Under the pieces are notes generated by a model that worked only from the letters and a program-made list of their open reading frames with translations, did no database searches and had not been told where the DNA came from. Positions 44,401-55,600 of a DNA stretch of 64,000 bases are shown here, piece by piece. Numbering within the stretch: position 1 is the stretch's first letter; each line of letters begins with the position of its first letter. The position numbers and the translations under genes are program-made. The stretch covers positions 186,001 through 250,000 of the forward strand of contig NC_134025.1 in the NCBI RefSeq assembly GCF_964204645.1. Reading direction: 5' to 3'. The DNA comes from Tubulanus polymorphus (lineage: Eukaryota; Animalia; Nemertea).

Positions 44401-45428
44401 AACCAGACACTCTCAGGACCGGGTGAACACGCAAAACCGGACACTCTCAGGACCGGGTGAACACGCGAAACTGGACACTCTCAGGACCGGGTGAAGTAAT
44501 TTGTTTCTTTTTGTTCTATTTCAGTTGTATATCAGTGAAAATAATGAAAATGCAAGTGAATATCATTTTAAAGTGGCGTTGGATCTTCTCAGTTTTCTAG
44601 AAGTGGTAAGGAACAAAGCTGTAATTAACTAATTATTACAAATGGGATGGATTTACTCACTCGCCCTGGGGTGGGAGTGAGCACAGGAGAATCATCACAG
44701 ATGAGAGCAGCAAGCTGAAGGACAGGACAAGGGCTAGGGCTGCAGACTGGAGGACAGGACAAGGGCTAGAGCAGTAGGCTGGAGGACAGGACAAGGGCTA
44801 GGGCTGCAGACTGGAGGACAGGACAAGGGCTAGAGCAGCAGGCTAGAGGACAGGACAAGGGCTAGAGCAGCAGGCTGAAGGAGAGGACAGCAGGCTAGAG
44901 GAGAGGGCAGCAAGCTGAAGGCAGTCAGGGATCCCTATTTTGATCAGTGTTGTTTGTTTTATAGGATGATGATGAATATAATAGTTTAAAGTTACATATT
45001 TGGTGTCAGTCAATTCTCAGAGATGAGTAAGTATTCAGTTATTCTACAAGGGGGGGGGGGGGTTAGGGGGATGTCAATGTCCCTGTTTAATGTATTACTA
45101 TTTCAGATGGAGTAATGTTGCTATCGATAATCCACTAGAGAACAACAGACACACAATATTCTTTAAAACAATAGAAATGGCATTTGAGGAAGGTAAACAA
45201 TTTGTCATCTTTCTGTATTTACTATTGTTTACACGTAGTACAAATAAGTATAGAGTGTAATTAGATGTAACTGATGTTATTGTTGTTTTAGGTATGGATC
45301 TAAAGGAAATGTTACCCGATGTTAGTGAACTATTAGAAACAGAAGAACTCGGTGATTTAAGATTCAATAAAAACTTTCAGTATTTGGTTAAAGCCGGATA
45401 TGAACACATTTCATCTGTTATCAATTAA
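32563..45428 (+). CDS. NUP133: Nuclear pore complex protein Nup133, multi-exon
   Basis: Exons 32563-32696, 32811-32932 (QHIVKNYGASTPVLILEALSDS) and 34099-34205 (SEWAWLVSNRQLFVW). Later motifs are CKELTLPASD...IAVSPEGIIRYWP, IDDFPATDPRWAEAIP, NSLIILNQLQDK, LLSEHAEKIAA, QDILYREVSRIEEIF, SLAEKYHEFEVLIRVCE, KKKTLLSLSKLAALA and IWCQSILRD, and the C-terminus is FQYLVKAGYEHISSVIN-stop (45426-45428). AATAAA at 45437. Confidence 0.93.
32908..34027. repeat. 44-bp (variant 41-bp) minisatellite (~26 copies), each copy containing the NUP133 exon-2 end and 5' splice donor
   Basis: The unit TATACTGGAGGCTTTATCAGACAGCA|gtgagtacaaacagttgt copies the true junction ATACTAGAGGCTTTATCAGACAGCA|gtgagt at 32932/32933. 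Confidence 0.95.
34695..34925. repeat. (CTCATCTCAAA)n intronic repeat
   Basis: The 11-bp unit is directly visible. Confidence 0.9.
37750..38480. repeat. CT-rich intronic tract with (CT)n runs
   Basis: Directly visible. It shares the motif cctcacactttgtctctct with the 5880-7760 tract. Confidence 0.95.
39319..42137. repeat. 25/26-bp minisatellite (~110 copies) filling a NUP133 intron
   Basis: Unit gtgcatacaaacc(g)gtg(a/t)atccacca, lying between the donor at 39304 (ATT|gtaagt) and the acceptor at 42202 (tttcag|TCAATG). Confidence 0.95.
44300..44495. repeat. 33-bp intronic minisatellite (~6 copies)
   Basis: Unit ccggacactctcaggaccgggtgaacacgcgaa. A different purine-rich ~33-bp repeat lies at 44715-44920. 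Confidence 0.85.
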
Positions 45429-45515
45429 ACATGAAAAATAAAGACGTGCATTTTGTATAAAGTTTCATTTCGTAGTTTGTTCTTCATTTTGAGATTAACC
45501 AGAGAATCGTAAAGG

Positions 45516-46225
45516 ATCTACAGGGGTGTCCCGGGTTCGAACCCGGTAATTACTGATTCAGTGTGGTACTGATGCTGAATAGAGGATGGACAGGGGTGTC
45601 CCGCGTTCGAACCTAGTAATTACTGATACTGATTCAGAGTGGTCCTGATGCTGAATAGAGGATGTACAGGGGTGTCATGGGTAGAATCCAGTAATTACTG
45701 ATACTGATTCAGAGTGGTCCTGATGCTGAATAGAGGATGTACAGGGGTGTCCCGGGTACAAACCCATGAGTGGTCCAAGTTGTCCTGATGCTGAATAAAG
45801 GATGTACAGGGGTGTCCTGACCGTACGGTGCTGCCGCTATGCTCATCGTTAGCGGTATTTTCATACACTAACGTTAGTCAACTCTGGCAATCGACGTGCT
45901 GTCCAGTTGTACTCCGTGACTTTAGCTTGCCAGAGTTGACTAACGTTAGTGTATGAAAATACCGCTAACGATGAGCATAGAGGCAGCACCGCACGGTAAA
46001 ATGTTGATATCTTAACAAAAGTAATTACTGATAATTGATTCAGAGCGGCCGTACTGATGCTGAATAGAGTATGTATGGGGATGTCCCGGGTTCGAACCCA
46101 GTAATTACTGATACTGATTCAGAGTGGTCCTGAATGCTGAATTGAGGATGTACAGGGATGTCCTGGGTAGAACCCAGCAATTACTGATACTGATTCAGAG
46201 TGGTCCTGATGCTGAATAGAGGATG
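45516..46225. repeat. 76-bp B-box-containing satellite, same family as 1740-2262 in inverted orientation
   Basis: Unit gatgctgaatagaggatgtacaggggtgtcccgggttcgaacccagtaattactgatactgattcagagtggtcct. It is interrupted by the hairpin element at 45820-45997, and a partial copy lies at ~46470-46525. Confidence 0.9.
45820..45997. mobile_element. Fold-back / MITE-like element: 71-bp inverted arms and a 36-nt loop
   Basis: 45820-45890 is the reverse complement of 45927-45997 with 2 mismatches. No target-site duplication is evident. Confidence 0.7.
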
Positions 46226-46268
46226 AACAGGGTGCCAAGCGAGGAGAGGATATCGAGATTTCTTACGT

Positions 46269-46448
46269 GATCGCCATCTATTGGATTTTGGATGAACTCA
46301 CTAGATAGCTCTTATTTGTCTCACTGACTCTTCTTCAGTGGGTTGAAATCACACTCGCCATCTGGTGGATTTCTATGCTACTACAGTCTTATGATAGCTT
46401 TATCCACCAATCTAGTCAGTTCAGGCAAATTCCAATAGATGGCGATCA
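46269..46448. promoter_or_regulatory. Cluster of three CTCF-like motifs (reverse, reverse, forward)
   Basis: CCAATAGATGGCGA (-, 46271-46284), CCACCAGATGGCGAG (-, 46354-46368) and CCAATAGATGGCGA (+, 46432-46445), compared with the CTCF core CCASYAGRKGGCR. Confidence 0.55.
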
Positions 46449-46891
46449 TAGCTTCATTTTTAAATTAAGCGGATGTCCCGAACCCAGTAATTACTGATAC
46501 TGATGCCGAGTGGTCCTGATGCTGAGTGGCGGCTAACAGGATACTTGGAAAACTGTCTACTTTTCTTTCAATCACTGACTCAGAATGCGCTCCGGTGCAT
46601 GGGGGAGTGGGTTACTGATTAACTGAACCAATCTCATTGGCAGAGAAATTGACAGAGATTGTGACGAATCATAAACAGTTCAGGATCATTAACGATCATT
46701 GATTTATTTACTCGCAGTTTTATTGAATCTAATTATAACACGAGATTGAGTTGGAAATATAAATCAATTCGAGTTAATTCTTTTTATGGTCAGGTAGTAA
46801 CCTGACTGTCGTTCGGCAGTTCCATAATCGGATATTTCTCAAAGCACCACAAAACTATCCGATTATAAAAGCTTAATCACCAACGCTAAAC

Positions 46892-47629
46892 TTACGAATG
46901 TGTATCGCACTTCAAACTTCTATAGCTACACAATAAACTGCCGCAACAATCATTTCCCTTCGAGCATGTACCGCCTTTTTGTTGGCAGCCTATATGAATA
47001 AACAAGTATGATATTTAAAAATGGAATTTCGAACATGAAAAACTATCTAATATTACCATTAACTAGAAAAGCATAAGATTAGATGATTGATGTTGCTTCT
47101 TTAATTAAAAGTGTTCATCGTTATTTTCATGGTGAAACCGCGCTATCACTGTGACGTCACGATTCGCCGCTGTTAACCCGGATACCAGCTAGTATTAGAT
47201 GAAGCTTGGAGTAATCAGACTGATTACTCCGAGGATGAAGCTCGGAGTAATCAGTCTGATTACTCCGAGGATGAAGCTCGGAGTAATCGGACTGATTACT
47301 CCGAGGATGAAGCTCGGAGTAATCGGACTGATTACTCCGAGGATGAAGCTCGGAGTAATCAGTCTGATTACTCCGAGGATGAAGCTCGGAGTAATCGGAC
47401 TGAGCTATTGTTTTGCTATATGAAATAATGTCCGAAATTCGTTCAATTGATCACTTACAATTACGTATTACTAGGCCTACTGCAGTATTCTTTTCTATGA
47501 AAAAAAAATCGATGAAATTGTGTATGACTTTTTAATTTCCCTGTCGCTTTACTTACCATGTGCAACTGACGCAGCACTGACCACAATCATAACAACAGCA
47601 CATACACGATATATTAAATCTGCAAGCAT
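46892..47629 (-). CDS. Secreted inhibitor-cystine-knot (knottin, toxin-like) peptide precursor, 56 aa
   Basis: Coding exon 47629-47557 (MLADLIYRVCAVVMIVVSAASVAH+G|gtaagt) splices in phase 1 to 46989-46892 (catatag|GC TGC..., giving GCQQKGGTCSKGNDCCGSLLCSYRSLKCDTHS-stop). The Cys framework is C-x6-C-x5-CC-x4-C-x6-C. There is an upstream acceptor (ttctag|) at 47640, a non-coding exon with a donor at 47935, a TATA box at ~47995-48003 and AATAAA at ~46708-46703. Confidence 0.85.
47197..47402. repeat. 36-bp tandem repeat of near-perfect palindromes (~5.5 copies) in the knottin intron
   Basis: The unit gatgaagCTCGGAGTAATCAG-T-CTGATTACTCCGAG contains 14-bp inverted arms. Confidence 0.9.
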
Positions 47630-47935
47630 TTTTTATCGCCTAGAATTTCAATTTCAAACAAGTATTTGAAGCAATCTATTAGCCGAATCAAAACGAATTG
47701 GAATTAATTGACATCTCAGAGAAAAATAATTTCGATCAAATTCAAAAATTCGTCGATTTTTCGAGATGTCAGAATCTGAAAGAATTTATCCTGAAAATAT
47801 TTTTTTTGTCTCATATCCACAGGACGCTTCAGAACATGAATAGGAGAAGTTTATTAGCATTAATCAGCATTATGTATCACGAGATACGAAACGAGAAACA
47901 ATAAAACTAGAAATAATCATGATTCGTTAACTTAC

Positions 47936-48003
47936 GTGTGGTTTACGGTAGAACTAACTGAATTCAGCTGTGAATCTCGTTCTGCTGGTGTCCATTATAT
48001 ATA
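47936..48003 (-). promoter_or_regulatory. TATA box and short non-coding first exon of the knottin gene
   Basis: On the minus strand TATATATAA is followed ~30 nt later by TCACA/TCAGTT initiator-like sequence and then CAC|gtaagt. Confidence 0.6.
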
Positions 48004-49234
48004 AAAACACCATCCACTCAAGTGTTTTCACAGCGGTCTGGTAATTCAATATTACAACATTCAATTAACAGCTTTTTGAGTTTTGGTAAATGATAGTAAT
48101 TTGAAACCATTTAAAATGAGTTGGAAATTTCAGCAAATTCAGCTGCGCTATTTTCGTGGATTTTTTTCCTTTTAAAATGAATATCGTCCATATGTCTTAA
48201 CTATGAGTCACTACTAAATATGTGTATGAACCCAATAGTTTTGAGAATAAATTTGAATTATTTTGAATTATTGGGAAATATATTTCTAGAAAAGCTATTA
48301 GAAAAGCTATTTCTTTAAGATCTTCATCTTTCTGATTATTTTTTGAATACAATGTGCTAGCGACATTTTATAAAGATAGCCGTTCACACCATAATTCTAC
48401 CAATTTCGTATCAATTTCCGGTCATCTGCCGTGCTGAAGGTTTGGTTTACGTTTTGAACTACTTGAATTTGAAAGTTTATGACTAATTGCTAATGACGCT
48501 AACTAGCGGTGATAATTTGTACTATGTATATGCGGTCTCTCATTGGCTGGAACCCCTGCGCTCAGTTCCGTCGCGTCGAAGATGAGCTTATGTCGGCTGC
48601 GATCGAAAACAACTGTCCGCCTACCGTAGGCCGGAGTAGAACATGGGCAACTAGCCGGATACGGCTTGCGACGAGTCGGTAGAGGCATCGGGTTGCCGTC
48701 GCAAGCCGGCTTAGGTCGAACCGATAGAGCAGCAACTGGCGGCCTCTCGTAGGCCGCTAGTTGCCGCTAATCGGCGATAAATCCAGTTGCGTCGGTAGGC
48801 GTCGCGTTGCTTGTCGACATAAGCCAGTCTTAATAGGTTGTTTCATAGAACCTCAACCAAAGAAGCTCATCACCAATAACACAAACCTCGATCCTTTTCA
48901 TGATTTCACACACTTGGATGTATCATGTCACATTTCTGTAGAGTTATCAACCGCATCCTCGCTTGCCAGGGTTTGATTGCTAACACAAACACTGGCCGCA
49001 GACCCTTCATGGTCTATTACATTGCCCGTGCTTTTTCTTAGCTGACATGTTGCCATTGAGTGGCCACCAGTCATTATCTAACCAATCAGATGCTCGACAG
49101 AGCGAAAAACGACGCATCTGATTGGCTTACATAGATCTAGTGGGCCGCCAGTATAGTAACTTGAACCATGGGCTCTAAATCGTTTAAGGCTCCATGGTTC
49201 AAATAACTCTCGATAAAGTTTCCAGGGATTCAAA

Positions 49235-49280
49235 GCATTGAACCCGGGACCTCCGGTATGCCAGCGTGCATGCTAACAAC
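49235..49280 (-). mobile_element. tRNA-derived SINE head fragment
   Basis: The minus strand reads gttagcatgcacgctggcataccggaggtcccgggttcaa, which aligns with the 60495-60560 element. Confidence 0.5.
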
Positions 49281-49333
49281 AAGAATAACTGACGATCGGT
49301 TTGTCCACTACAACAAGGTTTAATTTTCACACA

Positions 49334-49364
<31 letters not shown>

Positions 49365-49617
49365 CTATTAGTTTAATTGTGTACATGTTATCTGTGTATA
49401 GTCATATAAATAATAATATATATAAACCAATGATATGCTTTGTGATTATATTAAGGTGTTATAAAGTTATTTTGAATTGAATTGATTTGTGTATATAAAA
49501 ATGTTTTAATATTTAACGACAGCAGAGAATTTCACTTTTATATATTGTATTATATGTAATTAACGATATATCGCAGTATAAGATACGATTAGTACGATAT
49601 AGATGACGATACGATCA

Positions 49618-52600
49618 TCATTCATTGACTTCCGGTAGGAATCGTCGCGCCACTGTCGGGTTATCAGAATATCGAAAATCAAAAGTCACTAAATCTCCTG
49701 AAAATATACACTTTCAATTTAATCCTTATGAACGACACAAAATTATGATGAAACACGATTTTTATACCTTGAGCAGCCTCGGGATGATGGAACCGAACAG
49801 TCTCTACTTTCTTAACAAAATCACCTCCTCTCACAAACGGAGTGTCCAAACGTTGTCTGAAAGAAAAGTAAATAGTTGCAACTTCATTTCGATGCTTCTT
49901 CAAACATTAGATTGATGTGTTGCGGTCCGTGCTGAATTCAAGTATTGAACTTGTAAGATTTACCCGTGTCGTTCATGTGTAGGGAAGAAGTATAAACCAA
50001 TAGCTACTATCAACCCTAACCACACGGTCAATGCTACCGATAGTAAAAATCCCATCGCTAACTGGCCAAATACTGAACACAACAGTCCGCTACAATCTGC
50101 TGACACATCGACTGAGACAGGACACGTATTAGTGACATTACTGATCTCATACGGCGTCAAATCAGTCGGTAATAATGAGTTTAATACGGTATCATTAGTA
50201 AGAAACTCTTTCGGTCTTCCGATATTTCCCAGAACTTCCGTAGATCCATCTTTCAGGAAATATATAATCAGAACCGCTTTCCTGAAAATCAGATATCATT
50301 CATTTATCGGCGATTAGACCAGAAAATATCGAATAATGCGATAAAACAGATCGCCGCACCCGTTAATCTCAGATATATTGTGTAGTCGTGGTAAACACGG
50401 GTTACAAAGTGGTTGTAAACTCATTAGAAACGACTGAATTCTGGCATAATTGAAATGTAGAAGGTTTTGTTTCGAATACCAGCTAGTGAGAACCTCGCAT
50501 TCCACGTATGTGTCAATTCTTATCGTAGATACTCTGAAATTAATTAGATAAATATTCGAGAGATCAATAATTCTAGTTTTATATCTGGTTTTATAGATGA
50601 AAACTTACAGCGATTTGAGCGGATTTTTCGGGTCGTTATCAGAAGCGACTGTATACAATACGTATTTATGGTAAGGTAACATCGGAGTGAGTAAAGTATC
50701 AACCATTCCTGAACTGGAGTTCATAGAAAACATCTCAGCGTGATACAGTTTATTATACGTGATCGAAGTTACAGCTAGAAATATAGAGAAATTAATAGAA
50801 AAACATTATATTTCAATTCTAACCTTTGATAGAAGAGAGAAGGACGATTGAATAGATTACCGTTATCAGCATCAGTAGCGGAGACGTGTCCCAGGAATGT
50901 TCCGATCGCTGCTGTTGTCGATACCTCCCAGTTATAAAGTGTTTGGTTAAAAACCGGAGCATTATCATTGACATTTAAAACGGTCACTTTCACCGTGCCA
51001 GTCCTTATTTTGTTACAATAGTCAATAATTCTAACTGGAACGTTGATGAATGTTGTGTAGAGTTCAGAATCTATGGGAGATTTCACCAGTAGAGCGGCGC
51101 GTGTTCGGGATATTCTTCGAGTTTCGAAATATTTGGAAGCATTATTTGTAGGATCAACAGTGAACCAGAATTCACCGTATAACCACAGATCTGCATCTGT
51201 ACCAACTACCTCAGCTACTGTTGTACCGACTGGTGTATTTTCAGGTATTGATACTTGTGGTAGTGCAGTAGTAAAATATGGCGTTTCACATATATTTTGC
51301 ACGTAAACTTTCAGTTGATAAACGGCTGATAAAGGTACAATACCCTTCTTGTCACCTTCATGTTGGAATCCAGAATCAGTGACAACTATATCTGAAATAT
51401 TCAATATTAAACAACTCAATACTTGCGGGTTATAGCGCGCACGGCTGGAATGCTGTGAGGCCCTGCTAGATTAAGGGTTGCAGATTAGCACCATACAATA
51501 TGTCACGATCTGCTTTTGCCTAATAATGACTTTCTGGTGGAAGAGTTCTTTTAGTTCCATCTTAGTTTTATTCCTTTTTAATTAATATTGATTTAACTAA
51601 CCTCTATCTCTAAACCTAACCCTAACCCTTACCCTTATTCCTTTTTACACGACCCTTTAGTTGTTTTACTATAGTAACATATAATTTTACCTATATAGAA
51701 TATACGCGGTAATGTAGTGCTTTCATAGTCAATCACCGAGTCGCCTTCACAAATAGTCATTCGGCCTTCAACTATGTGCAGTTTATAAAACTCATTCACA
51801 TATTTCTTATCGTATAAACTATATGATAATGGATCTCTAGGAGGTGAAGATGGGATAAATGAATCAACATCTCCTGCCGTCCGGATTTCAAATATTTTTC
51901 CTCTTCGGGCCGGACATGGTGCAGCATACTGCAATAAATTCACCCGATTTAAATACAGATGTTTTGATATGAATCGTTCAGCGAAAGAGTTTTTGATCTA
52001 AAACTTACAGTGGCTGGTTCTTTAATTTTGAAGTGATTAGATTTATTTGGTGAATAAAATGGAGGTTCATTAACATCTAGTATTGAAACATTCAGAAATG
52101 CTGCTGTACATCCTGTATTATCACAAGCTGTTATATTCAGTTTATAAGACGGAGCCGGGATGTAATTATCCCATAAATATTCATAATCTATTCCTGCATT
52201 ATCCTTCACATAAACCACACCTAAATCTGAAAATATAATCATATCAGATAATATAATTTTGTCATCTTCAAATGTTGAACTATAACTAGCTCTCGGGGAA
52301 ACAAAGGAATATTTTTTTCATTCTTATTGTGAGATCATTAAAACACGGACTCTCAGAGAGTGTTTCTGTCAGATATTTCTATGTTCCGCGCACTTACTGC
52401 GATCCACAGTGAATTTGTTAACACCATCTTTAGGTTGAGACGATGTGATATTAAACGCAATGGGATCATTGTCTTCATCCGTTACATTTAACTGTAAACA
52501 TTAGACAAAAACACACGTCAATTATAACTTGTAATAAAACACTTCATAATTCAGATAGAATGAGAAAAAGAGTTTATTATGATCTATACCTGAAATATTG

Positions 52601-55600
52601 AAGCTTGATGAAGTTGATTTTCAGGAACAGTTACAGTCGCCGGTAAATTGTGGAATTTCGGTAAATCATTTGAATCTTTGATACAGATATTCAAAGTTCC
52701 AGTAACGCCTTTGTTTTTACTATCCGTAACCATTACGTGAAGTTTGTATTCCTTTATTTTCTCGTAATTTATTTTATGTTTGGCTCTATACTTGATGATT
52801 CCACCTGTTAAACAAATAGAATTCATTATCCGAGACTCCCGCAGTATTTAGGGTAGAAATATCGGGACTCACTGTTTGCTGGGTCCATATAGAAACTATC
52901 ATCCATTGGAGACGCGAAATAATGCCAGGTTAATAAATCGTCATCAGGATCTGAAGCTTCTATAGTAAATAACCAATTATCACCAGTAACATTCTCATAG
53001 ATACAAGTTGTATTCGGTAGATTTCCAATAGCTGTAAATTAAAAACATTCCTCCCTCAAATATATTTTCTCAGGGAGTGGGCCAGGCTTAGGGTAAAATA
53101 CTTACACGGACCACAGTCCTGTTTTATCACTTTACAATCGAAATTATTCGTCATATTGAAGTCAGTCCAACCAGCAGCCGGGTCCGGTTCAACGCATATA
53201 CATACATACTTAGGTAATAGACAATCTTCAGGAGTTAGTCTGATATTAGTTAGTTCTTTATTAGTCAGTATAGCGGGACCGTCGCTAGCTGCGGGTATCG
53301 GAGCTCGAAGAATAGTAGTCGAGTCTATAGTAGTTAAAACAGTAGCGTTCAGAGCGCTGTTTGTAATTACCGATGAACACGTGATCGCGCTCGCAGATTT
53401 AGTTAAATCTTTGTTAATGATTAACGCGGTGAATTTATAATTATTATAAGCTCCACACGGCGCAATAACATTGTTTCCTGAAGCGATGTCTGGATTTGTG
53501 GCCACGTTTTTGAATGAGAAATCAATTTCTAAATCGACCGGGTAACCATCACTTATTGGAACATCAACTCCTTGTAGTTTCGGTTGTATTTTCGAAATAG
53601 TCAGTGATAGATCTACAAAATACACACAAAAATTAATGATTTAAATTCTGTGCATGGCTACTAAATATAAGAACGAAGCATTTCTTACCAGGATCACAGA
53701 TTTTCTTGTCATTAAACAGAGTGTCGTCTGTTGTACAAGTGTGGTTATTGTTGAGGTCGAAGTCGACCGCGTAGGTCGGTTTAGTTCCAGGTTTTAACAA
53801 AAAACAAACATATTTTACATCTTTACATTTATCAGTTATTACAACATTACTCGCTTTAGCATTGACTGGTGTAATCTTGTTTGTGGTATCTAATTTCTGA
53901 GCCATAGATTGTGTAGTTGTAAGATTGTACGCGTAAAGAGTAGTCGCCGATGTTGGAGGGATCGTCGCCGCTGATGTTAACATGGCGACTATAGCGAAAT
54001 TCGTGCCTCCAGTCGATGCTGGAATATTAGTAAATGTATCAGTCGCGATATCAGTTCGTTTATTATTTGTTATATCGAATATGAAATCCAACGAAACTGC
54101 TTTCCCTTTTATCAGACAGGGGGCGCTGGCAACTGGAGTATCAATCATCGGATCTGAAAGTGAAAACAGAATGATTCAGTTATAACAGACAGACTTGATT
54201 AAGACAGGTTTCGATTGGTCACTACCGATTCCGGAATTCTCTTCTGGTGCAATTGTTTTCCGGATTCCGGATTTGCATTTTATCGGTAAACCCGATAGAA
54301 GCGGCCGGTAGAGAGTTTGTAATCTGTAAACCTGATAGAAGCGGCCGGTAGAGAGTTTGTAATCTGTAAACCTGATAGAAGCGGCCGGTAGAAAGTTTGT
54401 AATCTGTAAACCTGATAGCAGCGGCCGGTAGAGAGTTTGTAATCTGTAAACCCGATAGAAGCGCCCGGTAGAGAGTTTGTAATCTGTAAACCCGATAGAA
54501 GCGCCCGGTAGAGAGTTTGTAATCTGTAAACCTGATAGAAGCGGCCGGTAGAGAGTTTGTAATCTGTAAACCTGATAGAAGCGGCCCCGGTAGAGAGTTT
54601 GTAATCTGTAAACCTGTCTAATTGTAATGAATATCTCTATTCTCACTTACCTGGAGTACAGAATCTATCATTTACAGGACGACACTGGATATTATTGTTC
54701 ATTTTTGTGATCATTTCTCCCCAAGTAGAATCAGTAGAGTTTGAGATGACTGTACAGACATGGAGCGTCGCAACACCGCATATCGCTGCCGGAAGTGCAG
54801 GGAAATTTACCGTGCCAGATAATGTCACTGTTTTACCTCCGGTTAAACCTTGTTTTAAATTTGAAGTCATAGTTGTAGTGATATTCGGGGCTCCGGCTAG
54901 AGGTGTACAACTATACGGTACCATTTTTGTTGTGTATTCGCAACTCGCTGTTGTTTTATCGGAGAAAAATGTAGTTAATACAAAATTATCAGTTGAAGTT
55001 GTAGCAGTAAATGATTTATCAGATTTCACGTCGACGTAGTAAGGAGTTTGCACAGATTTCCATTCGTAAAGTGTCGGTACTGACGACATCGATGTTAAAC
55101 TCACGTCTGTAAATGAGTAAAAGTTAGAAATTAACTGTAGAAACTGTTTTGATCGAAGAAATACTATCAAACTGTGATGGATAAACTGATATGGTCTCTA
55201 CATTGATAATATTTTTGATGATAAGTTTATAAATCTGACAGTTTTATCTAAATCCAACATTCAGAGAAACGGAAATGATTTCACAAAATAGCCTCCATTA
55301 ATGTTTCTGTGAAGATGGAATTCAGATAGATCTCGAAGCTGTCAGATAAATAAACTTTGAAATATCAGCAGTTGTGTGATAATTCATTGATTATCAATGA
55401 AATATATATCATTAGTAAACCTACCCGTATCACATGATAAAGAAGTCGTTTGACAAGCCCAGTTATTGTCTTTCTCATTCGCTTGTTCATTAGCGTGCGG
55501 AGCATCACTGTTTATACACAGATATATACAGGCTTCACATTTATCTTTAGGTGACGGTACTGTAAATGTAATTTGTATAGATCGTGTTGAAGTTCGTCCT

